DNA from: Podarcis liolepis
Lineage: Eukaryota
Assembly (NCBI GenBank): GCA_965112155.1
Contig: OZ218098.1
Strand: one strand, 5' to 3'
Length of the DNA: 64,000 nt
This document shows positions 27,032 to 40,139 of this stretch, one piece after another. The position numbers and the translations under genes were made by a program. Position 1 is the stretch's first letter. Each line of letters begins with the position of its first letter. The notes below the pieces were generated by a model, which was given only the letters and a program-made list of their open reading frames with translations, ran no database searches and was not told the origin of the DNA.

Positions 27032-27672
27032 GATTTACCCCACCTATTTTTTACTGGTACTAATGAAAAGGAGTATTTTTATGGTCCTACAATTCTGAAT
27101 GAAGGGGCATGGGAAGCCTCCCCCCCCCCTTCTCCATTCTTCCTCTGCCCTGAAAGAGTTCCTTCTGAAATGCATTGCAGAGTGGCTTTTCTCGAAACAC
27201 AACTTGAACTGCCACAAAGTCTGCCACTGAACAGCACGCAGAGCCCTGCAGCTGATCCTACAACTGAGCAATAGCACCAGACTTTATCAGAGGAGACAGA
27301 AAATACTTATTTAAAGAGAGCAAGTTTAAAAGGCCCTATAAAATATAATTTAAAAATCCTATTGGGGAGCTGGTGGTCAGTAAATGAATAGCAGCATCCA
27401 GGTGCACATCTGGATTTATAGCAGCTCACAGAAAACCTTCAAAACAACTTTTGTCAATTTACCCAGCATAAGGAGTTCAAAGGAGCAGTCTAACAGTTGT
27501 TTTGGGACAGCTGCAGAGCAAGGGGCAAATGAGTGTATTAGAAAGATCCAGGTGAATCTCTCAAAAGCAGAATACAAATAGTTTAAAATAAAATAATAAA
27601 AACGCCTTTGCCCCTTTTGAAAGCATCACACATTTCAGAAAGGCTGGCAAGTTTTTAGCATTTGCAACTTAC

Positions 27673-27708
27673 CCAGTTATCGTGAGCTTTCTGCTCATGG
27701 GACTTAAC
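27673..27708 (-). CDS. MIA2: MIA2 exon 21
   Basis: AG/GT flanked; VKSHEQKAHDNW. Confidence 0.93.
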
Positions 27709-27825
27709 CTGTTAAAAGAGAATTCCACATTAGTTCAGAGGTGCAGAACTCAAATCAGTCTGAAAGGCAAGATGCATTTTTTCAATTCCAAAGAGCCACG
27801 CTAGCACATGACCTGTGGGAAAGTA

Positions 27826-28071
27826 CAGTCATACCTCGGGTTGAAGTAACTTCGGGTTGAATATTTTCAGGTTCTGCTCTGCGGTGACCTGGAAGTAACG
27901 GCGCGCGTTACTTCCAGGTTTCGCCGCTTGCGCATGTGCAGATGCTCAAAATGACATCACATGCATGTGCGGAAGCGGCAAACCGCAACCCGTGCAGATG
28001 CAGGTTGCGTTCGCTTCAGGATGTGAACGGGGCTCCAGAACGGATCCTGTTCGCATCCAGAGGTACCACTG
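27826..28071. mobile_element. Tigger/mariner-like MITE (related to the 24572 copy)
   Basis: TA|CAGTCATACCTCGG...GAGGTACCACTG. Confidence 0.8.
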
Positions 28072-29200
28072 TCTATGGCAATTCACTTTCTCTCCACACC
28101 CACCTTCTATTAATCTCTCTCCTTTCCCCACTCCATAATGTTTATCTCTGTTGTGCCTCCATTCCACAGGTCCCTCTGCCTTCCTCAATACTGTTTTTCT
28201 CTCACATTGCCCTGCAGTGCTCTTGCTTGCTCACTCCTCCTCTCATTTCCCACCACATTTTTTCCTGCTGTTTCTTCTCTTATCTCTACTTCTTTCTTGC
28301 CAAGTTCATCCACAACAGCAAACAAGATCGTTGTTTTTTACGTTCCCAGGATTTTACCCCAATGAAAGTGTCTCGGGCACAAGAGAGGAATGCCATCTGG
28401 ACAGATACTAGCATGCCTCTGTTTCTCAGCTGCGTGCCTCAGAAACCAAAGAGGAGGAAGAGGCAAGTGCATGCATTGACACAAGAATTCCCCCATCCCA
28501 CTCCTATTCATGCTGAGCTTAGGTGGGCCTTAGATGTCTCCACAAGGGGCTGAGAGAGGGCTGGCAAATGATCTGGCATGCTTTTGATCAAATATAAACT
28601 AACATCTTGAGTACTTAAATACATAGCACTGGTTGGGTTCACACATGGTTTGAAGTTGGCTTATTTAGAAACTAAAACAGCTTGTTTTAAACCAGGGAAT
28701 GTGGTTCGTATGTAACGCTAAGCTACGACTAAACTCAGCAGAGTTACTCCTCCTGTAGAAAGAAAATGATGCCAAATGCAAAAAGGAGCAAATCACAAAC
28801 AGAAATTTTCCTTTGCTGCCGTGACTCAAAGATGAGCCATGTCTGCAAAGGTGGAATGTTCCTTCACAGCCACTGCTTCAGTTGAAAAGCCGTACCTGCG
28901 AAGGAAGGAATGGGAGTTCACTTGATGTGCTTTTGTGTTGCATCACCTGTCATGGGCCATCATGGACTGACATATGGGCAACCCCATCCACCTATCAAAA
29001 TGGCCCACAGAGATGGGGAAGTTTTGGATCTAGCCCACTGGATACATTCCTCACCTGTGGTCAAAGTCAATAAACCTTTAAAGGTGAGAGATGCTGCATT
29101 TAAGATATATGTTATTAATAAAAATAATAACAACAAAGGACTCAATCTGCTATACCCTTGTCTGGGAGCAAATTTAATTGAACTGAATTTTACTTCTGAG

Positions 29201-29373
29201 CAGTGCTTTTTTCTGGGTGGACGCAGGGGTATGCATACCCCTAAACATTTTGTGAATCTTTGTACTTTTGTCCATTTACTGTATTAATTTTCCCCAATTT
29301 GAATTACAAAACAGTGATTTTCCTGAGTCAAAATGAGAGTACCCCTAAACATTTTTAAAGAAAAAAAGGACTG
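29201..29373. mobile_element. hAT MITE (same family as the 26856 copy)
   Basis: Same internal sequence; perfect 8-bp TSD cttctgag. Confidence 0.88.
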
Positions 29374-29511
29374 CTTCTGAGTAAACATGCTTAGGATCAT
29401 GCTATAATGCTGAAATCCTAAGCAAGCATACTTTGAAGTAAACCCAACTGAAATCAGTCATGGTAAACATAGCACATGTACTAATTTAGAAAACAAAATA
29501 TATATAAATAC

Positions 29512-29572
29512 CAGATTCTCATAAGAGTGAACTGTTTTTTTCAGTTCTTCTTCTAGTTCTTCTGCTCGTTGT
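29512..29572 (-). CDS. MIA2: MIA2 exon 20
   Basis: AG/GT flanked; QRAEELEEELKKTVHSYENL. Confidence 0.93.
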
Positions 29573-30064
29573 CTGTAATGGAATTATACAAGGATAATTT
29601 TGCACACCAGATATTATCACAACACCTTAAGTAACATTGAAAAGTATGTCATTAAAAAAAAAGCAACAACCCCAAAGCTAATCTAACTGGGAGCCCTACT
29701 GAAGCAGAAGGCAGAGCACCAGTTAGGCAAGAACAGATAGCCTTTGAAGCAGATTGGAACCTGCCTGCAGAACTATTCCCTTTTGTCAAGCTGCCTGCAA
29801 AATTCTGTTGTTGTGAAAGAGACAAAACTGGAATTGAATGGGGTCTCTTCCAATTGAAGCTTAGCAGGCTACATTGATTTACAAGGCCCTGTAAGGTTGG
29901 GGGAGGGTATTAACCTGGCTGTGTCGAATCAAAGGCAAATTGTTCCAGAAGCTCTGCAAATGTCATCTTGGTAGTCAAGATAACCCCACAATTAACTGAC
30001 AGCTGTAGCAATGAGCTCAAATATGTTTAGATTCACTTGTTTTGCTATAAGCTAATTTGCTTGC

Positions 30065-30385
30065 TGTGATGGGTTCCGGGCCCAGAAAGGGCAACTATCT
30101 GTAAGACTTGGGCATTTGCCACCTATGCCCTCATCTGGTCAGGTGGAGTGATGGGAAGTCCTGGCCGAGAAACGTATGCTGCTTTGTCTATAAAGCATGT
30201 ATGAATGTTTGTGTGGGTGCAGACAGCCATCTCCTTACTTCAATGTCAACCCCATAAAGGCTGGGAGACCTACCAGGCTGATTTGCTGTTAAGTCTGCAC
30301 CTTTCTTTTAATAAAGCACTAGAACTGACCATTCTGACGGTTTTGACATCCTTCTTTGGCATCTCTGCACCCAACCACTCCCACA
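30065..30385 (+). mobile_element. Putative solo LTR
   Basis: TGTG...CACA termini, TATAAA at 30189 and AATAAA at 30310; no clear TSD. Confidence 0.45.
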
Positions 30386-30930
30386 AGCCCTTGTTTAGAA
30401 CACTGATGCAGAAGGGACACTAGAATATCTAGCACCTTAAAAAGGGGATAATCTATCCAGTCAATCTGATGACTGTCAAGACCCACAAGCTCTGCAAAGC
30501 TACCTTAAAGCTGCCTGCCCCTTAGGGGAAGTTCTGGGTGGGTTTGGGAAAAGCATGAGCAGAACTCCAGTTTCGTAACAGGGCTTTCCTGGCTCCTTAG
30601 GATGAAGGGATCATCTAGAATTGAGGTGGGATGGGACACAGTGGGCTCCAGCAGGATGGAGGAAAGCAGCAAAATCTGGTGAATTGCCTTTCTACTCAAG
30701 GAAGATACATTCAGATCCAAGCCTCTGATAACCACTCTCTCCACTCAATACACTATGAGAAGGGGCTTGAGTCAGTTGTGATTACTGCAATGGGGCTTCA
30801 CTGACTTGATTAGAGGTACTACTCCATACGACTCCTCTGATTTTTCAAAAGTTTCAAGATGCTAGGTCTAATTCTCCACTGAATTTTGTTCATTCAACAG
30901 AGGAAAATACCAAATGAAATCCATAGTTAC

Positions 30931-31032
30931 CGATAACGGTTCACTTCTTCAGCAGCATGACTGATTGTCTCATCAACTTTGGAAAGCTTTTCTTCTTTCT
31001 GTAAACGATCTTTTTCTTCTACAGTTAATTTC
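30931..31032 (-). CDS. MIA2: MIA2 exon 19
   Basis: AG/GT flanked; [34 protein letters not shown]. Confidence 0.95.
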
Positions 31033-31649
31033 CTTTGAAAAATAAAAGAAACAAAGCCTTTCATTAGCCACAACTCAACTGTTTTCCAGTCATCTTAAGA
31101 AAACATCCACAAAGGGCTGAAGCTCATTTCAAAAAACAAACAAACACTGACACGTACAGTAACTTCCATTTGCCCTAGTAGCCTGATCCTTAATTATAAG
31201 CAGCGTAAGCAACAATAAAAATGGTGTTAAAATCCTCAATACATTAAAGGTTGTGCCACCCTGTGCATACTTAGAGGGCTTCTCAAGGTGTGAATCAGCT
31301 AAGAATCCCTGTCAGTAGAAGCCCTGTGCAAATGGGGCTTCTGCCCACCCCCCATGCAAATTGGCTAGGGATGGAGACAACATTGCTTGTGGGTAGGAGA
31401 GGAGAGATCATTCCATCTGGCAAGCTGCAACACATGAGCAGACAGAATGTTCAACACAGCACCACCCTCACTGAGGGTTCAGAGCAAACATGCATAGGAC
31501 TGGGCTATAGCAGAACTTGCCAAATTTATTCCTTGAAGGTTGAAGCAGTAGCTCTGAAAAATGATTTGTGAAGAACTTGCTGGTAAATCTCTGCTAACAA
31601 TAGTAACTGGTCCCCAAGAGAAATTTAGCACTGATGAAGTGCTAGCACC

Positions 31650-32120
31650 CCCATGATCAAAATGCTCAGGGGATCCTAAGATAAAAGAATGAAATCAAGG
31701 AAGAATCCAAAAGAGGAAATGCTGCAGTTATGGATGACTTCAACTAGCATCATACAGACTGGCTACATATGTGTTCCAGCCATGACAAAGCAGTAAATTA
31801 CCTAGATATCCTAAATGACTGTGTCATGGAACCAACCAGAGGGACGGCAAGCCTGGACTTTTATCTTGAGTGGTGCACAGAACTTGGTACAAGGTGTAAG
31901 TGTTGCAAGCCAGTTAAGTGAAGTAGCCATAGTGCTATTCATGAACATACATGAAAATGGCCAATTGCCAAGAAAATCAAGCACAGTCACATTTGGCTAT
32001 GAAAGAGGAAACACCCCCAAAATGAGGGGATTGGTAAAAAGGAAGTTGAAAGAAAAGGTCAAGAGGGTCACATCAATCCAAAATGCTTGGGAGTTGTTTA
32101 AAAACACGGTATTAGAAACC
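31650..32120 (+). mobile_element. Degenerate CR1 ORF2 endonuclease-region fragment
   Basis: Remnants of GDFN..IDW, EPTRGTA.LDL and AWELFKNT motifs. Confidence 0.7.
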
Positions 32121-32288
32121 ATATGAAGTAGTAAGCAAATAGACCAAGAAGTGGCAGCAAGGTCCCAGTGCCAAGACAAGGGTATAATTGTTGAAGACAA
32201 TGGCAGGCTCAAGTTACATATAACATCATTTTTCTGTTATCTAAACAAAGATTCGTCTATCAAGCAACAAATCGACCACTACCAATAC

Positions 32289-32427
32289 CTGTGAAGGTTC
32301 ATTTCATTTTCTTGATATAGCTCAGTCATGACTTTAAGCTTTTGCTGAAGCTTCTGAACTTCGCTTTCAAAGTGTGTATTTTCAGAATGCAACGTGACAT
32401 GTTCCTTTTGTAGATTTTCAATGCGTT
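32289..32427 (-). CDS. MIA2: MIA2 exon 18
   Basis: AG/GT flanked; [10 protein letters not shown]...[19 protein letters not shown]. Confidence 0.95.
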
Positions 32428-33089
32428 CTGTCACAAGAGTTAATTACAATTAACTGATATGTTAAAACCATACGATAAAGGAAACAAATACTGAAGACTG
32501 AATACAGTATTCTAATGCTGAAAAGAAAAATGATTTCTGAAGGAGTTTGGAAGAGATGTAAAACCTCATTATGTCCCTGTACAATAACTCCAGTCACTTT
32601 GAAAAATGCTTTGAAATCTCACTAAAAGGATACATTTCCCACCTCCCCTTTCACATGTATTTGTGGACCAAATTTTGTTTTGATTTCCTTCACAGGACAA
32701 ATATGTTTGGACCAAATGGGCTGAGGCACAGACAGGAGGGAAATAAGGCACAGGACAGCTTCACCATAGGTAAATAAAATCCTTTTTAATACTAATACCA
32801 CACGTCAGCATCAACAGTTTCCCAGCTAACAAGCCCCACATCTCAATCTACTAAGATAATGGCCATGTAATACATAGAAATCCAGGTTTTGGGTTTTGGT
32901 TTTGGTGTCTTCTACTTCCTAATCAGGATCCGGTTTGGCCCAAGTTTGCTGCCTGAGACAGAACAGCTGTGTTGTCCCCCAACCCAACCCACTACCCAGT
33001 CAAAGTGTATAGTGTGCACAGCTGGGCAAGTTATTCTGGAAAACCCCCGGAAACACCTCCCCCAGCTCCCTGACATTAAAAATGCAATA

Positions 33090-33330
33090 CAGTGGTACCT
33101 CAGGTTAAGAACTTAATTTGTTCCAGAGGTCCGTTCTTAACCTGAAACTGTTTTTAACCTGAAGACCACTTTAGCTAATGGGGCCTCCTCCTCCTGCTGC
33201 GCCGCCAGAGCACGAGTTCTGTTCTCATCCTGAATCAAAGTTCTTAACCCGAGGTAATATTTTTGGGTTAGCGGAGTCTGTAACCTGAAGCATATGTAAC
33301 CTGAAGCGTATGTAACCCGAGGTTCCACTG
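33090..33330. mobile_element. Tigger/mariner-like MITE
   Basis: TA|CAGTGGTACCTC...GAGGTTCCACTG|TA. Confidence 0.88.
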
Positions 33331-33626
33331 TAATGATACGTGAAATAACTAACAGCCTGTTGCCATTTCATGACACCCAAAATTAATTGTCTGAGGTAGT
33401 TGCCTCAAATTTCCGTGGGTTGTCCCTGCTTAGTGTTTCCTCAGCCACACATTTCCTCAGTCACCACCGGTCACTCACCTCACACCTCAATCCCCAGTAT
33501 CTTCAAGACAGGGTTGGGAGAGCCCCCTGTCTGAAATCCTGGAGAGCTGCTGCCAGTCAATGTAGACAATGCTCAGCTAGATGGACCAATGGCCTGACTC
33601 AGTATGACCAATGATCTGAATCAGTA

Positions 33627-33852
33627 CAGTGGTACCTCGGGTTAAGTACTTAATTTGTTCCGGAGGTCCGTTCTTAACCTGAAACTGTTCTTAACCTGAA
33701 GCACCACTTTAGCTAATGGGACCTCCTCCTGCTGCTGCGCCGCCGGAGCACGAGTTCTGTTCTCATCCTGAAGTAAAGTTCTTAACCTGAAGCACTATTT
33801 CTGGGTTAGCGGAGTCTGTAACCTGAAGCGTATGTAACCCGAGGTACCACTG
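33627..33852. mobile_element. Tigger/mariner-like MITE nested in a CR1-tailed SINE remnant (~33500-33871)
   Basis: TA|CAGTGGTACCTCGG...CCGAGGTACCACTG|TA; near-identical to the 33090 copy. Confidence 0.88.
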
Positions 33853-34761
33853 TATAAGACAGCTTCCTATGGCTTTCCCCACCAGGCCACCTGGCATGTT
33901 TAAGTCATGGGAAGCAGCAGTGCTTTTTTAATGGAAGGCAAGTTAGTATTTGGCTCCCATCTGCAGTAGCCACCAGCCAAGTTAAATTACCCAAAATGCA
34001 ATGTCTGACACAATGTTGGGTTGAGCATTCCATTTTGGGTAATCGAACATGGAAGATGGCAACTGCAATTAAGAGCTAAGTTTGGTTCCCATGCTACAGC
34101 AGCACCAGGAACACTACTAACACACCTCTGGTGTCCGCGTGTGAGTGTGTGTTTGTGTGTGTGTAATAAGTGAGAGGCAGCAGCAAAGTCTGACCCTGGG
34201 CCTGCACCATACTCTGTCTAATGGTAAGGCTGCCCCTGTCACAAACTCCCCTCAACAAGATTCAACCCATTTCATTGTCTCTGGAATGGTTTCTCCTTTC
34301 TGAAGTGGAACGCGGGGGGGGGGGTGGAGTGGGAAAAAATAGAACAGACAGCAAATTTAAATGGCTGTTTTTGTTTCTATACAGTATGCAACCTTCTTCA
34401 ATATTTACAAATCTCTCATCTCTACAGTGTGGCAGTCTCTGAAAGTGGAAATATTCCTACAACCATGATTTACCCATTCAGAGATCACACCAAGCCATAA
34501 AAAACACCTACCTGAGGCGCTCCATGAAGGATATGGCATCATAAATTCAACAAGGTATCGTGTAAAAATTGAATTCTTCGTTTTAATGGTTTTTTCCAAG
34601 ATACCTTATACTTCAGTGAACCTTGATTATTTAAGAGATTTCTAATTATCTTTACAGCTTCGTTCAGTTAAAAGTAAAGATTTTCCCAAAACTGTAACAG
34701 AAAACAGCTTTCTTCTTCCTTTTAAAATAATAATAATTAAAAATCAAGAATTCATCATTAC

Positions 34762-34852
34762 CTGCAAGTTCCTCTTTTGCTTTGTTTTCATCTGTCAGCT
34801 TTGAACAGATTTGATTTACTTCTGATTCCATAGATTTTAGACAAGCATTTAG
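34762..34852 (-). CDS. MIA2: MIA2 exon 17
   Basis: AG/GT flanked; LNACLKSMESEVNQICSKLTDENKAKEELA. Confidence 0.93.
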
Positions 34853-36102
34853 CTATATCAAAGAAAAAAGATAAATTATTTCAAATCATAATTGCAAAAG
34901 AAGCTACATTTGCACTTCTAAATCAAATCTTTATCTAGTTCTGGATCACTTTCTGGCTGCAATGCTTATTTATGTATTTGATTTTTCCCCCCACCCCACC
35001 ATTCCTCCAAACCACAACAGAAGCTGGTTTCACATAGTATATCATTAAAACAGACATTTAAAATAAAGAGAACAATAACATCACTACACTATACCAAGAA
35101 TATATCACAGCAAAAGCAGTAGGTACCTAAAGGGAGGTTGCGCACCCATTGTAAATCAAAATCATGTGCCAAGGCAAAGCCAGGAAGCATTCTATACTTG
35201 TCCTGCACCCACCTAGCCAAAGAGGGCAATTGGTTGATGCTCACTTCTTTAATGAGTTAAAGCAACAGTGGGACCACACACCCCCTCCCAGAATTATGTG
35301 CCCTCATCTGATGGGAGTGCACACACACAACCAGAGGCTTCTCCTGCACAAATGTTGTTGCTGCTCTTCCCTCTTCAAGCATCTCCTGGTTCTAAAAAAC
35401 AGCAGAGCAGGCGATGGCAGGGATCGGACTGGCCTGCCCCTCGCCTGAACAGCCTCTTTCTACGCTTCCAACGTGTCCTGCACCCCCACTTCTGTCTCTG
35501 ACTCCTCCAACCCTTCCTCTCCTCTTCCCCCTGCCCTGGCTCCTGCCTCACAGGTGGCACCAAACACCATAAATCACTGGGGGGGGGGCTGCTGTCTCAG
35601 TCTCTAACCCCCTTGCCTCCATCACACACTCATCAGAGCCCTGCCAATCCCTGGCAATAGTTAAGCAATAGCAGCACCCCATTGCATCACATATACTAAA
35701 GAGGCACACCATTAAAATAATTCTTTGGCTTGAATCCAGAGTTCTTATGAGCAGGACTCCGCTCATAGGCTGCTTCTGCTGGCGGAGGCAACTTTCAGCA
35801 ATTCCTCCTTCTCCCAGCAGCCCCTCTGGGACAGTACGTGAGGTGGTGCAGCAGATAGCAGAAATTGAAAAATTTCAGTAGTTAAAGTGGTCTCTCTTCC
35901 TTTGTCCAGTTAGTTGGAACTCAGCCCACTTCATGCATGGAAGAAACTCTTTCATTCACAAAAGGGCAACTCTGGATCCTATCATTCCCAAAAAAGCTTG
36001 CAGATATTTTCTACTGAACTTTTTTTTTTTAATTGCTTTAATTCCCCCCCCCAAAGTTTTTATAAACCAGTAAAGAAAATAACCACAGTATTAGTGTATT
36101 AC

Positions 36103-36149
36103 CTTCGCAGCATAAATCAACTTCTTTACAGTTCGTTTTTCCTGATCAT
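36103..36149 (-). CDS. MIA2: MIA2 exon 16
   Basis: AG/GT flanked; DDQEKRTVKKLIYAAK. Confidence 0.92.
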
Positions 36150-36847
36150 CTGGTTTAAGGGAAATGAAGAGAAGGTGAAAAAAAGGACAAATCACAGAAA
36201 ACTTTTTCTTTTGTTATTTATTTATAAAACACAGTATTGCTTTTTAAGTGGGAAAGATTTCTTTTGCCCAAGTTTTAAAAACAGTTGTATTGTTTGTAAG
36301 CAGCAGTGAGTTCAAGAGGGAGGGGATAGGGACATTATTCATCTAACAATGCTTTACAGAAGCGGTTTTTCTGAAATGCGTTTGAAATGTGTAATCAATC
36401 CAATGCGAGAATTACACTCCTCAGGCTTAATTAAGTTCCTTGACCTTTTCATGTGGGCTAATTATCCTCAGGCTAAGGACAAGAAGGAGCAGTGGTTGTC
36501 AGACCAGTTTGTGCTTTGCCAAGTTAACCTGGGGTTAGAGTCTCAACAACTTGGATTGTCTTTTTCTAAGTTTTTTGTTTTTTAACTTCAGGGGTTACAT
36601 TGAGCAGTCGGCTGCAGCACAGAGAAATCTAGCATATGTCAACATAAAGCTTTGGTGAAAATCCACTTTATGCACTGAATGCAACAGGCTATTGCCTATT
36701 AATACCTATGCCATAGATTTTGATTAATTTCTTGTATGTAGTTGATTCACACATATTAAGGAGGAGAACAGGTGACAATTCTAGAGTTTGAAAATGAAAT
36801 AATTTCTCTTTTCCTTCCCTTTCCATAGGAAATGAATAATGATTTAC

Positions 36848-36971
36848 CCAAGTGCTCCCCATTTTCTGTTTCAGTCTTTATATCATTATCCCAATGGTTG
36901 TCTTCAGCAGCAGCATGTTCATCTAATGTACAGCTCCAGTCTTTCATCTTCAACAAGCACTCTGTCAGTGA
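36848..36971 (-). CDS. MIA2: MIA2 exon 15
   Basis: AG/GT flanked; SLTECLLKMKDWSCTLDEH...ENGEHL. Confidence 0.93.
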
Positions 36972-37964
36972 CTATACCATATTTATAAAACAAGATGCAG
37001 AAATGAGTCCTTGGCTCTTCACAAAGCAAATTCATGATTTTATTCATTTCATATACATTCAATAAACCTATTGAATGTTTAACAGCATTTTCATATCGAG
37101 TGTTTTACAGGAATAGTTCCTGTTCCATGTGGACTACTTCTAAGAGAAAAACTTTTACAACAGCATGCATTACTGTGGTAGCTAGACCTCTTGCAAACTC
37201 AATACAAGTAGAATTCCAGAACCCCAAGTAAAGTTGCAGGCAGGTTTTTCTCTCTATCCAGCACTGCAAATCTGTATCTGACCACTAGCTTCCTTGGTCT
37301 CTGAAAAGGCCACCTGAACCTCCACTAAAGCTATTTGGAAATTGCCCTTTGAGGAATTTGGAGGGATGTGGATAGATGCCTAAAGAAATCAGTGAACTAT
37401 GATGGCTCTAGTTTTCTGCCTAGGCCTTTTCTCCCATTCACTTACACAAATGGAATGCTTGATATGAGAGGAGGGAAGACTCCAAGAAGTTTAAGCAGAT
37501 AACCCTACATCTCAGCCTTAGCAAAAGGGCTTAGCAACTTGCCAAACATACCAGTCTACCATGCTCCCTCCTAGAGCTTTGCACCAGTGACTCCCATAGG
37601 AATCAATGAAGCTACAAGGCAACCACAGTTCCAAGCAGTGTTATCAATGCCTGAGGGACGCATGTGTATCTCTCCAAATATTCCCAAAGGGAGGAGTGCA
37701 AGCTGTTGTTGAGTGGCAGTAGGATGGAGGGAGGGAATTATATACATAATAAAATTGGTTCTCTTGCAACTCTTGGAATTTCCCCCTTCTTTCTCTCTCT
37801 CTCCCCCCTTGAATTCAAGAGCCCTTCCTACCGTTTTAAAATGTGATGCAGTTTTCCCATGATAGAGCCCCAAAATAAATAACAAATTTCCTCCTGTGTG
37901 CCAGGTGACATTAGGCATGCACAGAATTCACACATCTATATGAATAAAGTAAAGCAAGAGCTGC

Positions 37965-38155
37965 AGCCAGCGTGTAGTGGTTAAAGTGTTAGACTAAGAC
38001 CTGGGAAACCAGGTTTCAAACCCCCATTTGGTCATGAAAGTCACTGAGTGACCTTGGGCCGGTCCCTGCCTTTCAGCCTAATCTACTTCACAGGGTTGTT
38101 GTAGGAGAACCATCCTTTGAGAAAAAAGTTGGGATATAAATATAATAAATAAATC
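37965..38155 (+). mobile_element. Older tRNA-derived (Squam3/MIR-like) SINE
   Basis: gtgtagtggttaaagtgttagact...ggtttcaaaccc...gtgaccttggg...taaataaat tail. Confidence 0.7.
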
Positions 38156-38166
38156 TTTAATTTTAC

Positions 38167-38289
38167 CTTGACTTGACTTTCTTTGTTTTTAAGAGTCTCC
38201 TCCATACCTGCTTTTGAGGTTTCTAACATTTTTGCTTGTTCATTTAACTCACTTAATTGTTCACTCTGTCCTTCAGCTTCTTTTAAGAG
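38167..38289 (-). CDS. MIA2: MIA2 exon 14
   Basis: AG/GT flanked; LLKEAEGQSEQLSELNEQAKMLETSKAGMEETLKNKESQVK. Confidence 0.93.
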
Positions 38290-39067
38290 CTGGAAACAAA
38301 AGTTAGAAAGTTCAGTACTTAATTTATACCAACCAGTTATTAGAATTTCAGAATATTTAATTCTAAAGGGTCTGGCCTAAATTCTTAACATTACATACAG
38401 CAAAATTCATTGAGCTGAATATTTTGTATTTTAACTGACATTTCATATGTTCTAATTTTTGACAGCTGTTCTTTTGCTATACATGAAATTTAAAATCATT
38501 TTTATTGAACTTTTTCTGTTTTAAAAAAACATGGGAATATATAAGGTTGCATCCAATTGTGTCTTGCACACTAATAAAAGACTTTTTGATCCGACAGGAC
38601 CTTCCATCAGTGGAACATGAAGGGAGCAATTTTTCAAACCTGCCCTGCGAAATCTGCTTCAGAATGGTTGGGCGGCGGGAAGCCCTTAGAATAGTGTAAG
38701 AGGGCAGAAGGGGTCTGCAGGGAGGAAGGGAAATCAACAAAATTGCCTTCCTTCCCATTCCGCTGATGGAAGGTTCTACTGGAGCAAAGAACTTCCCATC
38801 AGCTTGAGAGACACAACACGATATAACCCAGAATGTTCTAGCAAATATAGAACTAGAGATTTAAAGCATAAAACCTGACTAAGTGGAACAAGTCCAGCTT
38901 TCATGTTACCAGAACGCAACCCAAGCCTATGATTAATCATCCCCAAGCTGGAAATATGAGGTGGATCCAATCTGCGGTGAGACAAGTTATTAAAAGCTGA
39001 CTGAGACAGTAGCTCAGAAATACTGTCCTGACATTGTCCCAGGCACATCAATCTAGAAAAGCCTCTA

Positions 39068-39421
39068 CAGTGGTGCCCCGCAAGACGAATGCCTCGCAAG
39101 ACGGAAAACCCGCTAGACGAAAGGGTTTTGTGGTTTTTGAGCTGCTTCGCAAGTCGAATTTCCCTATGGGCTTGCTTCGCAAGACGAAAACGTATTGCGT
39201 TTTTTGCAAGTTTGTTTCCTTTTTCTTAACACCGTTAATACAGTTGCGACTTGACTTCGAGGAGCAACTCATAGAACGTGGTGTGGTAGCCTTTTTTGAG
39301 GTTTTTGGTGATTTTTGAAGCTTTTCCAAAACTTTTCCGACACCGTGCTTCGCAAGACGAAAAATTTGCTAGACGAAAAAACTCGCGGAACGAATTAATT
39401 TCGTCTTGCGAGGCACCACTG
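39068..39421. mobile_element. Tigger/mariner-like MITE with CGCAAGACGAA subterminal repeats
   Basis: TA|CAGTGGTGCCCCGCAAGACGAA...TTCGTCTTGCGAGGCACCACTG|TA. Confidence 0.88.
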
Positions 39422-39441
39422 TATAGGGAAGACAAAGAGAA

Positions 39442-39655
39442 AGAATCATAGAATCATAGAGTTGGAATAGACCACAAGGGCCATCGAGTCCAACCCCCTG
39501 CCAAGCAGGAAACACCATCAGAGCACTCCTGACATATGGTTGTCAAGCCTCTGCTTAAAGACCTCCAAAGAAGGAGACTCCACCACACTCCTTGGCAGCA
39601 AATTCCACTGTCGAACAGCTCTTACTGTCAGGAAGTTCTTCCTAATGTTTAGGTG
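39442..39655 (-). mobile_element. CR1 LINE 3' end
   Basis: LNIRKNFLTVRAVRQWNLLPRSVVESPSLEVFKQRLD* and an (ATTCTATG)n tail. Confidence 0.92.
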
Positions 39656-39732
39656 AAGAGAGTTCTGAAGGAAACACACCCTCCAAGACCAAAGAGCATC
39701 CAACCACTCTGATGGCAAGGAAGCAATTGAAC

Positions 39733-39761
<29 letters not shown>
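39733..39761. repeat. (CA)n microsatellite
   Basis: Seen directly in the sequence. Confidence 0.95.
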
Positions 39762-39764
<3 letters not shown>

Positions 39765-40034
39765 TCCCGCCAAAAGGCCTGTGCACTGAAAATGCCAAGC
39801 AGCTCGGAACATCAAACCATTCATAGAAGTTGCAACTGATTTACTCCATGGAAGGCAAAGTCACATAAATTATAGCAGTCTGTGGACTATCACACTTTCC
39901 CTCCAACTTTCATTAAACTACATAATAATTTAAACCAGAGCCTTAACAATATTTAAAGTCATAAATTATTCTAAAGTGAGGATACAGTGTTCCTAAAAGG
40001 CCCTCTATAAAACTGCACAGTGTAAATAATATAC

Positions 40035-40139
40035 CTGTTTTTCACTTTCATGAAGTTGGTTGTTTTCAGCTATTGCATCTTGGACAGAAGTTTTCAATCT
40101 CTCTCTGTTGATCTCATATACTTTTAATGTGGACTTGGC
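40035..40139 (-). CDS. MIA2: MIA2 exon 13
   Basis: AG/GT flanked; AKSTLKVYEINRERLKTSVQDAIAENNQLHESEKQ. Confidence 0.93.

Noticed and set aside
27936-28553. 205-aa plus-strand ORF
   Set aside because: Starts inside a MITE and runs through pyrimidine-rich intron; no splice or homology support.
39068-39421. Recurring CGCAAGACGAA units resembling an array
   Set aside because: Subterminal repeats of a TA-flanked MITE with irregular spacing; not CRISPR.
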